The notes under the pieces were generated by a model. The model was given only the letters and a program-made list of their open reading frames with translations, ran no database searches and was not told the origin of the DNA. From NCBI RefSeq assembly GCF_024298765.1, contig NZ_CP101210.1: a stretch of 64,000 nucleotides of DNA, one strand, 5' to 3'. Both the position numbers and the translations under genes were made by a program. This DNA is from Escherichia coli. GTDB taxonomy: Bacteria; Pseudomonadota; Gammaproteobacteria; Enterobacterales; Enterobacteriaceae. Numbering within the stretch: position 1 is the first letter of the stretch; every line of letters begins with the position of its first letter. This document shows positions 30,421-40,888 of the stretch, piece by piece.

Positions 30421-33381
30421 ATGGCAGTAAAGATTTCAGGTGTACTGAAAGACGGCACAGGAAAACCGGTACAGAACTGCACAATCCAGCTGAAAGCAAA
30501 ACGTAACAGCACCACGGTGGTGGTGAACACGCTGGCATCTGAAAATCCGGATGAAGCCGGGCGTTACAGTATGGACGTTGAGTACGGTCAGTACAGCGTT
30601 ATTCTGTTGGTGGAGGGATTCCCGCCGTCACATGCCGGGACCATCACCGTGTATGAAGATTCTCAACCCGGTACGCTGAATGATTTTCTCGGTGCCATGA
30701 CGGAGGATGATGCCCGTCCGGAGGCACTGCGCCGTTTTGAGCTGATGGTGGAAGAGGTGGCGCGTAACGCGTCCGCAGTGGCACAGAACACGGCAGCCGC
30801 AAAGAAGTCAGCCAGCGATGCCGGCACATCTGCCCGTGAGGCGGCAACCCATGCGACTGATGCTGCAGACTCAGCACGCGCAGCCAGCACGTCAGCCGGA
30901 CAGGCCGCGTCGTCGGCTCAGTCAGCGTCTTCCAGCGCAGGAACGGCATCAGCAAAGGCCACTGAAGCGGAAAAAAGTGCTGCCGCTGCAGAGTCCTCAA
31001 AAAGCGCGGCAGCTACCAGTGCCGGTGCCGCGAAAACGTCTGAAACGAATGCTTCAGCGTCACAACAATCAGCCGCCACTTCTGCATCCACCGCGACCAC
31101 GAAAGCGTCAGAAGCAGCCACTTCAGCACGGGATGCGTCGGCCTCAAAAGAGGCAGCGAAATCATCAGAAACGAACGCAGCCTCGAGCGCCAGTAGTGCC
31201 GCTTCCTCGGCAACGGCGGCAGCAAATTCTGCGAAGGTGGCAAAAACGTCCGAGACGAACGCCAGGTCTTCTGAAACGGCAGCGGGACAGAGCGCCTCAG
31301 CTGCGGCAGGCTCAAAAACAGCGGCTGCATTATCTGCCAGTGCCGCGTCAACAAGTGCCGGGCAGGCCTCAGCCAGTGCCACCGCCGCCGGAAAATCGGC
31401 AGAAAGTGCTGCATCGTCTGCTTCAACAGCCACAACGAAGGCTGGCGAAGCCACTGAACAGGCCAGCGCAGCAGCGAGTTCTGCTTCCGCAGCGAAGACA
31501 TCCGAAACGAACGCGAAAGCGTCGGAAACCAGCGCAGAATCCTCAAAAACGGCTGCCGCATCGTCAGCCAGTTCGGCGGCGTCATCGGCATCATCTGCGT
31601 CTGCTTCAAAAGATGAGGCGACCAGACAGGCGTCAGCAGCAAAGGGCAGCGCCACGACGGCATCCACGAAGGCGACAGAGGCAGCTGGCAGTGCGACGGC
31701 GGCAGCTCAGAGCAAAAGTACGGCGGAATCCGCGGCAACGCGCGCCGAGACAGCGGCAAAACGGGCAGAGGATATTGCATCCGCCGTGGCGCTTGAGGAT
31801 GCGAGCACGACGAAAAAGGGGATAGTCCAGCTAAGCAGCGCGACCAACAGCACTTCCGAGTCACAGGCGGCAACGCCAAAAGCCGTTAAGGCCGCGTATG
31901 AGCTGGCTAACGGGAAATACACCGCACAGGATGCAACGACAGCACAGAAAGGGATAGTTCAGCTTAGCAACGCGACCAACAGCACATCTGAAATGCTGGC
32001 GGCAACGCCAAAGTCGGTAAAGGCAGCCTATGACCTTGCTAACGGGAAATATACTGCTCAGGACGCTACGACAGCACAAAAAGGAATTGTCCAGCTCAGT
32101 AGTGCAACCAACAGCGCATCTGAAACGCTTGCCGCGACACCGAAAGCAGTGAAAGCAGCTAATGATAATGCGAATGGTCGGGTACCTTCTGCCCGTAAGG
32201 TGAATGGTAAGGCGCTTTCAGCGGATATAACACTGACGCCGAAAGATATTGGTACGCTTAACTCAACAACAATGTCATTCAGCGGTGGTGCTGGTTGGTT
32301 CAAATTAGCAACGGTAACCATGCCACAGGCGAGTTCTGTTGTTTCAATTACGTTGATTGGTGGCGCGGGATTTAACGTGGGGTCACCTCAACAGGCAGGT
32401 ATATCTGAACTTGTTTTGCGTGCAGGTAATGGTAATCCGAAGGGGATTACTGGTGCTTTATGGCAGCGCACATCGACAGGGTTTACAAATTTTGCCTGGG
32501 TCAATACATCTGGTGATACTTACGATATTTACGTTGCAATCGGAAATTATGCGACTGGTGTAAATATTCAATGGGATTATACCAGTAATGCCAGCGTGAC
32601 GATTCATACGTCACCAGCATATTCTGCTAATAAGCCGGAAGGGTTAACGGACGGTACAGTTTATTCACTCTATACGCCATCAGAGCAGTTTTATCCGCCT
32701 GGCGCACCAATCCCGTGGCCATCAGATACCGTTCCGTCTGGCTATGCCCTGATGCAGGGGCAGGCTTTTGACAAATCTGCATACCCGAAACTTGCAGCGG
32801 CTTATCCGTCAGGCGTGATCCCTGATATGCGTGGCTGGACGATTAAGGGCAAACCTGCCAGTGGTCGGGCCGTATTGTCTCAGGAACAGGACGGCATTAA
32901 ATCGCATACCCACAGCGCCAGCGCATCCAGTACGGATTTGGGGACGAAAACCACATCGTCGTTTGATTACGGCACTAAATCCACGAATAACACTGGTGCG
33001 CATACCCATAGTTTAAGTGGCAGCACGAATGCGGCTGGTAATCACAGCCATAGAGATGGCCGTCGATTTAACCCCAGTGTTTTTAAAGATACTTATCAAT
33101 ATGGTTATACAAGCTCAGGTCAAAATACCTGGGGTGTACAAGGCTCAGTAGGTATGTCTACGGGGTGGTTAGCGAATACCAGTACAGATGGTAATCATAG
33201 CCACTCACTGTCCGGCACAGCAGCATCTGCAGGTGCACACGCGCATACTGTCGGTATTGGTGCTCATACGCACTCCGTTGCGATTGGTTCACATGGACAC
33301 ACCATCACCGTTAACGCTGCTGGTAACGCGGAAAACACCGTCAAAAACATCGCATTTAACTATATTGTGAGGCTTGCATAA
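30421..33381 (+). CDS. stf: side tail fibre protein Stf-like
   Basis: N-terminus [37 protein letters not shown]... and C-terminus ...[31 protein letters not shown] resemble lambda Stf; long Ala/Ser-rich low-complexity region and tandem repeats. Confidence 0.85.
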   Translation: MAVKISGVLKDGTGKPVQNCTIQLKAKRNSTTVVVNTLASENPDEAGRYSMDVEYGQYSVILLVEGFPPSHAGTITVYEDSQPGTLNDFLGAMTEDDARPEALRRFELMVEEVARNASAVAQNTAAAKKSASDAGTSAREAATHATDAADSARAASTSAGQAASSAQSASSSAGTASAKATEAEKSAAAAESSKSAAATSAGAAKTSETNASASQQSAATSASTATTKASEAATSARDASASKEAAKSSETNAASSASSAASSATAAANSAKVAKTSETNARSSETAAGQSASAAAGSKTAAALSASAASTSAGQASASATAAGKSAESAASSASTATTKAGEATEQASAAASSASAAKTSETNAKASETSAESSKTAAASSASSAASSASSASASKDEATRQASAAKGSATTASTKATEAAGSATAAAQSKSTAESAATRAETAAKRAEDIASAVALEDASTTKKGIVQLSSATNSTSESQAATPKAVKAAYELANGKYTAQDATTAQKGIVQLSNATNSTSEMLAATPKSVKAAYDLANGKYTAQDATTAQKGIVQLSSATNSASETLAATPKAVKAANDNANGRVPSARKVNGKALSADITLTPKDIGTLNSTTMSFSGGAGWFKLATVTMPQASSVVSITLIGGAGFNVGSPQQAGISELVLRAGNGNPKGITGALWQRTSTGFTNFAWVNTSGDTYDIYVAIGNYATGVNIQWDYTSNASVTIHTSPAYSANKPEGLTDGTVYSLYTPSEQFYPPGAPIPWPSDTVPSGYALMQGQAFDKSAYPKLAAAYPSGVIPDMRGWTIKGKPASGRAVLSQEQDGIKSHTHSASASSTDLGTKTTSSFDYGTKSTNNTGAHTHSLSGSTNAAGNHSHRDGRRFNPSVFKDTYQYGYTSSGQNTWGVQGSVGMSTGWLANTSTDGNHSHSLSGTAASAGAHAHTVGIGAHTHSVAIGSHGHTITVNAAGNAENTVKNIAFNYIVRLA
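31807..32195 (+). repeat. three tandem ~129-132 bp repeats within stf (43-44 aa units, ...[41 protein letters not shown]...)
   Basis: Repeat units begin near 31807, 31936 and 32068; visible at both nucleotide and protein level. Confidence 0.7.
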
Positions 33382-33983
33382 TGGCATTCAGAATGAGTGA
33401 ACAACCACGGACCATAAAAATTTATAATCTGCTGGCCGGAACTAATGAATTTATTGGTGAAGGTGACGCATATATTCCGCCTCATACCGGTCTGCCAGCA
33501 AACAGTACCGATATTGCACCGCCAGATATTCCGGCTGGCTTTGTGGCTGTTTTCAACAGTGATGAGGCATCGTGGCATCTCGTTGAAGATCATCGGGGAA
33601 AAACCGTCTATGACGTGGCTTCCGGCGACGCGTTATTTATTTCTGAACTTGGCTCGTTACCGGAAAATGTCACCTGGTTATCCCCGGAAGGGGAATATCA
33701 GAAGTGGAACGGCACAGCCTGGGTGAAGGATACGGAAGCAGAAAAACTGTTCCGGATCCGGGAGGCGGAAGAAACAAAAAACAGCCTGATGCAGGTAGCC
33801 AGTGAGCATATTGCGCCGCTTCAGGATGCTGTGGATCTGGAGATCGCAACGGAGGAAGAAACCTTGTTGCTGGAAGCCTGGAAAAAGTATCGGGTGTTGC
33901 TGAACCGTGTTGATACATCAACTGCACCGGATATTGAATGGCCAGCCCTACCGTATGGTAAGATATATAAATTCTATAATTAG
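33381..33983 (+). CDS. tfa: tail fibre assembly protein Tfa-like
   Basis: 200 aa starting in a TAATG overlap with the stf stop. Confidence 0.75.
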   Translation: MAFRMSEQPRTIKIYNLLAGTNEFIGEGDAYIPPHTGLPANSTDIAPPDIPAGFVAVFNSDEASWHLVEDHRGKTVYDVASGDALFISELGSLPENVTWLSPEGEYQKWNGTAWVKDTEAEKLFRIREAEETKNSLMQVASEHIAPLQDAVDLEIATEEETLLLEAWKKYRVLLNRVDTSTAPDIEWPALPYGKIYKFYN

Positions 33984-34053
33984 AAGTATCTTTCCATTTA
34001 AGGCTAGGAAGGGGGGCTTGGAAAACGTAAGGAATCTCACACCGAGATTATTT

Positions 34054-34644
34054 TTATATATCAGGCGTCTGATTTTTTGCTTTAGCTCTTAAAATGGTTT
34101 GCCGCGAGGTTTTGAATTCTTGGGCAATGTCACTTATATTTATACCTGACTTAATTTGCTCTAGTACCCTCTGTATTTGTTCATCATTTAACACAGGTGG
34201 GCGACCAAATCGCTTTCCTGCGCCCCGTGCTCTTAATATCCCTGAATGAGTACGCTCAAGTAAAAGGTCTCGCTCAAATTCAGCGACTGCTGAAATTACT
34301 TGCATCATCATTTTTCCAGGTGGACTGGTCAGGTCAACGCCCCCCAATGCTAAGCAATGCACTTTGATACCTGCTTTGGTCAGTTGTTCCACCGTTTTAC
34401 TGATATCCATTGGATTACAACCGAGGCGATCCAGTTTTGTGACAATCAATGCATCACCTCTTTTCAGTCGATCAAGCAACTGGTTAAAACCAGGACGCTC
34501 ACTGGTTGCTGCTGAGCCGCTAATTTGTTCTTCAATTATTTGCTGAGATTTGATGTTAAAACCTGCACTTTCGATTTCCCGACGTTGATTTTTGGTTGTC
34601 TGTTCCAGAGTTGATACCCGACAGTAAGCATAAATTCGAGACAT
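34054..34644 (-). CDS. pin: serine DNA invertase (Pin/Gin/Hin family)
   Basis: 196 aa; N-terminal [12 protein letters not shown] with catalytic-Ser context and a C-terminal HTH; adjacent to tail fibre genes. Confidence 0.8.
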   Translation of the reverse strand: MSRIYAYCRVSTLEQTTKNQRREIESAGFNIKSQQIIEEQISGSAATSERPGFNQLLDRLKRGDALIVTKLDRLGCNPMDISKTVEQLTKAGIKVHCLALGGVDLTSPPGKMMMQVISAVAEFERDLLLERTHSGILRARGAGKRFGRPPVLNDEQIQRVLEQIKSGINISDIAQEFKTSRQTILRAKAKNQTPDI

Positions 34645-34962
34645 AGTGAGATCTTCTATACGAAATTGGTGTACATATCATAATGCATCTCAGAAAATAA
34701 TTTTGATTATTTTTGTACATATTTGTATGTACACGTTCGAAAATAAACGAATGCGTATGCAACCCCGTAATTTTGGTGAGACCCAAAATCGATTTTGTGA
34801 AAAATGGCCTTAACTCGGTTTGTTTTTCGAGTTCCGGGCGGACTCAAGGAAGAAGAATAGTGTTGCGTGTTATTTTAACCAGATTTCAAGTTGTTTGGTC
34901 GTGGAAAAGTGGAGCAAAATGTTGTTAAAGTGGAAAAATGATAAAAAAGTAAGTTTATTATA

Positions 34963-35196
34963 TTACATTTTACCATTTAAATTTTTGTTGTCTTTAAGAA
35001 CTGATATCGCTGTTTGTAATAATTCTTTGTTATCCAGCCATGACTTTTTCTTTATGTTTCCTTCAATGTAATCAAGCAATGTTCTGGTATTGATAGGTCT
35101 TCCCTGTTTTGCTACTTCCACTACAGCATCCCCTAGGATAATTCTTACTTCAGGAAGCTGCGCAGGGAACCACTTTAGGGTGTCTTTTGATTTCAT
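34963..35196 (-). CDS. ydfK: YdfK/YnaE-family small prophage protein (77 aa from internal Met)
   Basis: Position next to pin as in Qin; length from Met-12 matches the recalled 77-aa YdfK. Confidence 0.45.
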   Translation of the reverse strand: MKSKDTLKWFPAQLPEVRIILGDAVVEVAKQGRPINTRTLLDYIEGNIKKKSWLDNKELLQTAISVLKDNKNLNGKM

Positions 35197-35982
35197 GAAG
35201 ATATTCCTTAAAATATTATTGATTTTCATTGCGATATTGTATGTCTGATTCAGGATATGTTGACTTATACATCGGTTTTGTCTGGGTTATTGGATATGCC
35301 AATCCCTAATTTTATTAGAGCATGACTAAAAATGCTGAATATGATAAGGAGCGAAGTGATTATCAGTATGCTGTTCATATAGCCTCGAATTAGTAATGTG
35401 TTATATATGATATAGTTGACAATTTTTATCTTGGGTGTTCTTAAAGTTCGTAGATAAACATTGTCGTTTCAGGTATACAGGAATGCTAACAGGTGGCGGC
35501 AAAAATCAGGCGGTTTATGGCGCAAGCTGAAGTGGCAACTGCAAACTATCTTATGCAGAGACTCTACACGGATTGGGTTTAAAAGTATACATAGATAACA
35601 GTTTTTATCTGAAGAAGAAAAATATCAAGGTGATATAGCCTATATGCCTTTGATGCGGAGGAATGAATGTGATGGGAGTGATGTATCTGAATAGTTGAAA
35701 AACCGCAGACACGCCTTATGCAAGAACGTGCTGCGGTTGGCTGGTAAATTTTTCGATAGTGCGAGTATTGAATGATTTCCAGCCGTTATTGATTTTACGC
35801 GTAAATCCATGAAAAAACTACTTATCTGTTGGGGAGTTTTTTTTGGGGCATATATGGGACAGGAATCGGCCCCAGATAGACACTGAGATCGAACTTAGGA
35901 TGCTTTTTAAAAAATGCAACTATCTGAAAAAACCTAGAAAACGCCAAGGAAACCACAGGATGGGAAAAAACACCTGTGAATT

Positions 35983-37266
35983 ATGGATTTCCAGTTATAT
36001 TCGCTCGGTGCAGCGTTAGTGTTTCATGAAATATTTTTTCCTGAATCATCAACGGCAATGGCGTTAATTCTGGCAATGGGAACCTACGGTGCAGGTTATG
36101 TGGCGCGTATTGTCGGAGCATTTATTTTCGGCAAAATGGGCGACAGAATAGGGCGTAAAAAAGTGCTCTTTATTACCATCACCATGATGGGGATCTGTAC
36201 CACCTTAATTGGTGTGTTACCGACCTATGCACAGATTGGTGTTTTTGCACCCATCTTGCTGGTGACGCTGCGTATTATTCAGGGATTGGGTGCAGGTGCG
36301 GAAATTTCCGGTGCCGGTACGATGCTGGCGGAATATGCGCCAAAAGGTAAGCGCGGAATTATCTCCTCATTTGTGGCTATGGGAACTAACTGCGGAACCT
36401 TAAGCGCAACGGCAATCTGGGCCTTTATGTTCTTCATTCTCAGTAAAGAGGAACTGCTGGCGTGGGGATGGCGTATACCGTTCCTGGCGAGCGTTGTCGT
36501 GATGGTCTTTGCTATCTGGTTGCGTATGAATCTGAAAGAAAGCCCGGTCTTTGAGAAGGTTAACGACAGCAACCAACCGACAGCAAAACCTGCACCTGCT
36601 GGTAGCATGTTCCAGAGCAAATCCTTCTGGCTGGCAACAGGACTGCGTTTTGGTCAGGCAGGTAACTCCGGGTTAATTCAGACTTTCCTTGCAGGCTATT
36701 TAGTACAGACGTTATTGTTTAACAAAGCAATTCCAACAGATGCATTGATGATCAGTTCGATTCTCGGCTTTATGACCATTCCGTTCCTTGGTTGGTTATC
36801 CGATAAAATTGGTCGCCGGATCCCGTATATTATTATGAATACCTCTGCGATTGTGCTGGCGTGGCCAATGCTTTCTATCATCGTAGATAAAAGCTATGCC
36901 CCGAGCACCATTATGGTTGCACTGATTGTGATTCATAACTGTGCGGTGCTGGGATTATTTGCTCTGGAAAACATTACCATGGCAGAAATGTTCGGCTGTA
37001 AAAACCGCTTTACCCGGATGGCTATTTCAAAAGAAATTGGTGGTCTTATCGCTTCCGGTTTTGGTCCTATCCTGGCGGGTATTTTCTGCACCATGACGGA
37101 ATCCTGGTATCCGATCGCCATTATGATCATGGCATATTCAGTGATTGGTTTAATCTCTGCGCTGAAAATGCCAGAAGTGAAAGACCGTGATTTAAGTGCG
37201 CTGGAAGACGCTGCGGAAGATCAACCGCGTGTTGTAAGAGCTGCGCAACCTTCCAGAAGTCTTTAA
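35983..37266 (+). CDS. ydfJ: MFS (metabolite:H+ symporter family) transporter YdfJ, N-terminally truncated
   Basis: 427 aa starting within the conserved WYDF-like region (MDFQLYSLGAALVFHEIFFP), lacking the usual ~25-aa N-terminus; in-frame TGA 6 nt upstream of the ATG. Confidence 0.7.
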   Translation: MDFQLYSLGAALVFHEIFFPESSTAMALILAMGTYGAGYVARIVGAFIFGKMGDRIGRKKVLFITITMMGICTTLIGVLPTYAQIGVFAPILLVTLRIIQGLGAGAEISGAGTMLAEYAPKGKRGIISSFVAMGTNCGTLSATAIWAFMFFILSKEELLAWGWRIPFLASVVVMVFAIWLRMNLKESPVFEKVNDSNQPTAKPAPAGSMFQSKSFWLATGLRFGQAGNSGLIQTFLAGYLVQTLLFNKAIPTDALMISSILGFMTIPFLGWLSDKIGRRIPYIIMNTSAIVLAWPMLSIIVDKSYAPSTIMVALIVIHNCAVLGLFALENITMAEMFGCKNRFTRMAISKEIGGLIASGFGPILAGIFCTMTESWYPIAIMIMAYSVIGLISALKMPEVKDRDLSALEDAAEDQPRVVRAAQPSRSL

Positions 37267-37354
37267 ATCCTCAATCCCTTCTCTTACCGGAGAGGGGATT
37301 TTTATTCATATAACAAAACATGTAGCTTGCCATATTTATATTTAAGGAATTGTT

Positions 37355-38815
37355 ATGGGAAATAATTTGTTATCAGCAAAAGCGACACTCCCTGTTTATG
37401 ATCGTAATAACCTGGCCCCAAGAATTGTTCATTTAGGCTTTGGTGCATTTCACCGTGCGCATCAGGGTGTGTATGCCGATATTCTTGCTACGGAACATTT
37501 CAGTGACTGGGGATATTATGAGGTCAATTTAATCGGCGGCGAACAGCAAATTGCCGATTTACAACAGCAAGATAATCTTTATACCGTTGCGGAAATGTCG
37601 GCCGATGCGTGGACGGCTCGCGTCGTTGGCGTCGTTAAAAAAGCCTTGCACGTACAGATTGATGGCTTAGAAACCGTGTTGGCTGTGATGTGTGAACCGC
37701 AAATCGCGATTGTCTCTCTGACAATCACCGAAAAAGGGTATTTCCACTCTCCGGCGACCGGACAGTTAATGCTCGATCACCCGATGGTCGTTGCCGACGT
37801 ACAAAATCCCCACCAGCCGAAAACTGCAACAGGGGTGATTGTCGAGGCGCTGGCTCGCCGTAAAGCGGCAGGACTTCCCGCATTTACCGTCATGTCATGT
37901 GACAACATGCCAGAAAACGGTCATGTTATGCGTGACGTTGTCACTTCCTACGCGCAAGCTGTTGATGTAAAACTGGCACAATGGATCGAAGAAAACGTGA
38001 CTTTCCCATCAACAATGGTGGACCGTATTGTGCCCGCAGTGACGGAGGATACGCTGGCGAAAATCGAACAACTTACCGGTGTGCGCGATCCTGCGGGCGT
38101 TGCCTGTGAACCTTTCCGCCAGTGGGTAATAGAAGATAACTTTGTTGCCGGACGTCCGGAATGGGAAAAAGCGGGAGCCGAACTGGTTAGTGATGTGCTG
38201 CCTTATGAAGAGATGAAGTTGCGCATGCTCAACGGCAGTCATTCATTCCTGGCGTATCTGGGGTATCTTGCCGGATATCAGCACATTAATGACTGCATGG
38301 AAGATGAACATTATCGTCATGCAGCGTATGCCTTGATGTTGCAGGAACAAGCGCCGACGTTGAAAGTGCAGGGCGTTGATTTGCAAGATTACGCTAACCG
38401 ATTAATTGAACGCTATAGCAACCCGGCGCTACGTCATCGAACCTGGCAGATTGCGATGGATGGTAGCCAGAAATTGCCACAGCGGATGTTGGATTCTGTT
38501 CGCTGGCATCTGGCGCATGACAGCAAGTTCGATCTGCTGGCGCTGGGCGTCGCAGGTTGGATGCGTTATGTCGGTGGTGTTGATGAACAGGGAAATCCGA
38601 TAGAAATCAGTGACCCACTGTTACCTGTTATTCAGAAGGCTGTACAAAGTAGTGCCGAAGGGAAAGCGCGCGTCCAGTCATTGCTGGCGATTAAGGCGAT
38701 CTTTGGTGATGATTTGCCAGACAATAGCTTGTTTACTGCAAAAGTGACGGAAGCGTACTTGTCTTTATTAGCGCATGGTGCGAAAGCGACCGTGGCGAAA
38801 TATTCCGTGAAGTAA
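37355..38815 (+). CDS. ydfI: mannitol dehydrogenase-family oxidoreductase YdfI
   Basis: 486 aa; N-terminal Rossmann [12 protein letters not shown]; uxaB/mtlD-like family. Confidence 0.75.
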   Translation: MGNNLLSAKATLPVYDRNNLAPRIVHLGFGAFHRAHQGVYADILATEHFSDWGYYEVNLIGGEQQIADLQQQDNLYTVAEMSADAWTARVVGVVKKALHVQIDGLETVLAVMCEPQIAIVSLTITEKGYFHSPATGQLMLDHPMVVADVQNPHQPKTATGVIVEALARRKAAGLPAFTVMSCDNMPENGHVMRDVVTSYAQAVDVKLAQWIEENVTFPSTMVDRIVPAVTEDTLAKIEQLTGVRDPAGVACEPFRQWVIEDNFVAGRPEWEKAGAELVSDVLPYEEMKLRMLNGSHSFLAYLGYLAGYQHINDCMEDEHYRHAAYALMLQEQAPTLKVQGVDLQDYANRLIERYSNPALRHRTWQIAMDGSQKLPQRMLDSVRWHLAHDSKFDLLALGVAGWMRYVGGVDEQGNPIEISDPLLPVIQKAVQSSAEGKARVQSLLAIKAIFGDDLPDNSLFTAKVTEAYLSLLAHGAKATVAKYSVK

Positions 38816-38850
38816 AAAAAGCAATGCCGCCATCGGCGGCATTCACACGC

Positions 38851-39054
38851 TTAGTTCATGCCGAGACGAATCAGGTCCAGAGGTGCCAGTTTCTCTTCAC
38901 AACCTTCAACAACTACGGTTTTTCCGCGGCGGATTTGCTCAGCGGTCAGACCTTCAGTATCAATCGACAGGATCTTGCCAGTGTGACCGGTGCCGCTAAC
39001 CATAACACGGCTGCCAGTGGTGATTGCGTTACGGTTACGATCGTAGGTCGTCAT
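38851..39054 (-). CDS. ydfZ: putative selenium-binding protein YdfZ
   Basis: 67 aa [32 protein letters not shown]..., matching recalled YdfZ. Confidence 0.75.
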
Positions 39055-39230
39055 AGGTGTTTTCTCCTTTCTGATTTACAGTCGAAGCCCACGTAACGGG
39101 CGCACTATAAATACTCCTGTCGAGTGAAATATTTTTTGTTTTTGATCAAGCTCACATCTTTTTTGATGCATGCATGAGCCATATGACGGAGGGAAAAACT
39201 CTCACCCCGGATGGGATGAGAGGAAATGAA

Positions 39231-39917
39231 TTACTCTTCGCTAAACCAGTCGCTGTTTTCCTGACGGATCTGGCGCACGGATTCGCTGATTTCCTGCAAA
39301 TGGTGCGTCATTGCACGTTCTACCGCATCGCCATCACGTTTTTGCAGGGCAGAGAAAATCTCAAGATGCTGGCGTAACAGCATTTCTGGTGGAGAAACGT
39401 GGTCGAAACTCATATAGCGCACGCGATCAACGGTCGCTTTCAGGTTCTCAATGGTATCCCACGCCAGTTGACAGTCGGCAATCTGCGTCAGGAGTTGATG
39501 GAAGTTGTCATCAAGTTCAAAAAAATCATCCAGTTGCTTGCGCTCTATGGCAATGCGTTGCTGGTGAAGATTTTGTTCCAGTTGGTAGCACTGGCTTTCG
39601 GTAATCATGCTCGCCGCCCGACGCGCCACCGCGCACTCAATGGCCTGACGGATAAAACTGCCGTTGCGCACCTGGGCCATGGAAATTTTGTTGACGTAGC
39701 TGCCACGCTGCGGACGAATTTGAATCAGGCCGTTTTCCGCCAGTTTAATAAAGGCTTCACGAACCGGCTGGCGTGACACATTGAAACGAACAGAAACTTC
39801 TTTTTCCGACAACGGTGTGCCTGGTGCAATCAGGCAATGGACAATGTCGCGACGAAGAATACGATAAATCTGCTGATTGACAGGCTGTGTGGGATTAAGT
39901 TGCGTTTCGACGGTCAT
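39231..39917 (-). CDS. ydfH: GntR-family transcriptional regulator YdfH (RspR)
   Basis: 228 aa; N-terminal winged-HTH with an FadR-like C-terminal domain; synteny. Confidence 0.75.
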   Translation of the reverse strand: MTVETQLNPTQPVNQQIYRILRRDIVHCLIAPGTPLSEKEVSVRFNVSRQPVREAFIKLAENGLIQIRPQRGSYVNKISMAQVRNGSFIRQAIECAVARRAASMITESQCYQLEQNLHQQRIAIERKQLDDFFELDDNFHQLLTQIADCQLAWDTIENLKATVDRVRYMSFDHVSPPEMLLRQHLEIFSALQKRDGDAVERAMTHHLQEISESVRQIRQENSDWFSEE

Positions 39918-40005
39918 TCGTTCTTGCTTGTGAGTGAGTTAACTGCATGAGTCTACCACTTTTTTGTGACAAGCAATAACCCGGCAGTTACGCCGGGTAT
40001 AAAAA

Positions 40006-40752
40006 TTACTGACGGTGGACATTCAGTCCGGCATAGCTTTGGGTAACCGGCATCATTTCCAGGGTATTGATATTGACGTGAGCAGGCAGCGTTGACACCC
40101 ACCAGACGGCTTCGCTGACATCTTCCGGCGTCAATGCAACGGTATTTTGATAGGTTTTTTCCGCTTTACTGTCATCGCCTTTAAAGCGGACATTGGAAAA
40201 CTCGGTGCCACCCACCAGACCCGGTTCGATGTCGGTGACGCGCACCGCCGTACCATGCAGGTCCGTACGCAGATTCAGGCTAAACTGACGAACAAACGCT
40301 TTCGTCGCACCGTAAACGTTACCACCGGCATACGGCCAGCTGCCTGCCGTTGAGCCAATGTTAATAATATGACCATGATTACGTTCAACCATACCCGGTA
40401 AGACGGCGCGCGTCATATATACCAGGCCTTTGTTGTTGGTATCAATCATCGTTTCCCAGTCTTCAACGCTGGCTTTATGCGCAGGCTCCATGCCCAACGC
40501 CAGGCCGGCATTATTTACCAGGATATCAATATTGCACCACTCGGCAGGAAGCGATGCCAGCATCTCTTCAATAGCGGCGCGGTTGCGAACGTCCAGTTGG
40601 GCGATATACAGATTATCTCCCAGTTCGTCTTTTAACTCCTGCAACCGCTCCTGGCGACGGCCAGTGGCGATAACTTTATGCCCTTGTTGAATAAAACGAC
40701 GAGTAATGCATTCACCAAAACCTGCCGTTGCTCCAGTTACTAAAACGATCAT
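40006..40752 (-). CDS. ydfG: NADP-dependent 3-hydroxy acid dehydrogenase YdfG (SDR family)
   Basis: 248 aa from MIVLVTGATAGFGE...; SDR glycine motif; matches recalled YdfG. Confidence 0.85.
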   Translation of the reverse strand: MIVLVTGATAGFGECITRRFIQQGHKVIATGRRQERLQELKDELGDNLYIAQLDVRNRAAIEEMLASLPAEWCNIDILVNNAGLALGMEPAHKASVEDWETMIDTNNKGLVYMTRAVLPGMVERNHGHIINIGSTAGSWPYAGGNVYGATKAFVRQFSLNLRTDLHGTAVRVTDIEPGLVGGTEFSNVRFKGDDSKAEKTYQNTVALTPEDVSEAVWWVSTLPAHVNINTLEMMPVTQSYAGLNVHRQ

Positions 40753-40888
40753 CTCACTGTTCCTCAACGCTTTTGTGTGTCAATAACATAGCACGTGATG
40801 CTTAAGAGCGGGTAATACTGGTTTGCAAGATTGCACTCCGTTATCAGTAAGCCTACGCTATGGAACACCTCGCGTTCAGGAGAAGAAA

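Noticed and set aside
30818-31879. Long ORFs on both strands (335 aa plus-strand Arg/Pro/Gln-rich; 249 and 288 aa minus-strand Ala-rich) overlapping the stf low-complexity region
   Set aside because: Alternative-frame artefacts of repetitive GCN-rich coding for the Ala/Ser tract of the tail fibre.
34700-34760. Dyad elements upstream of pin (TGTACATATTTGTATGTACA and TTTTGGTGAGACCCAAAA) as candidate recombination sites
   Set aside because: They do not match the AAACC-NN-GGTTT core pattern of gix/hix sites; more likely promoter or operator elements, unverified.
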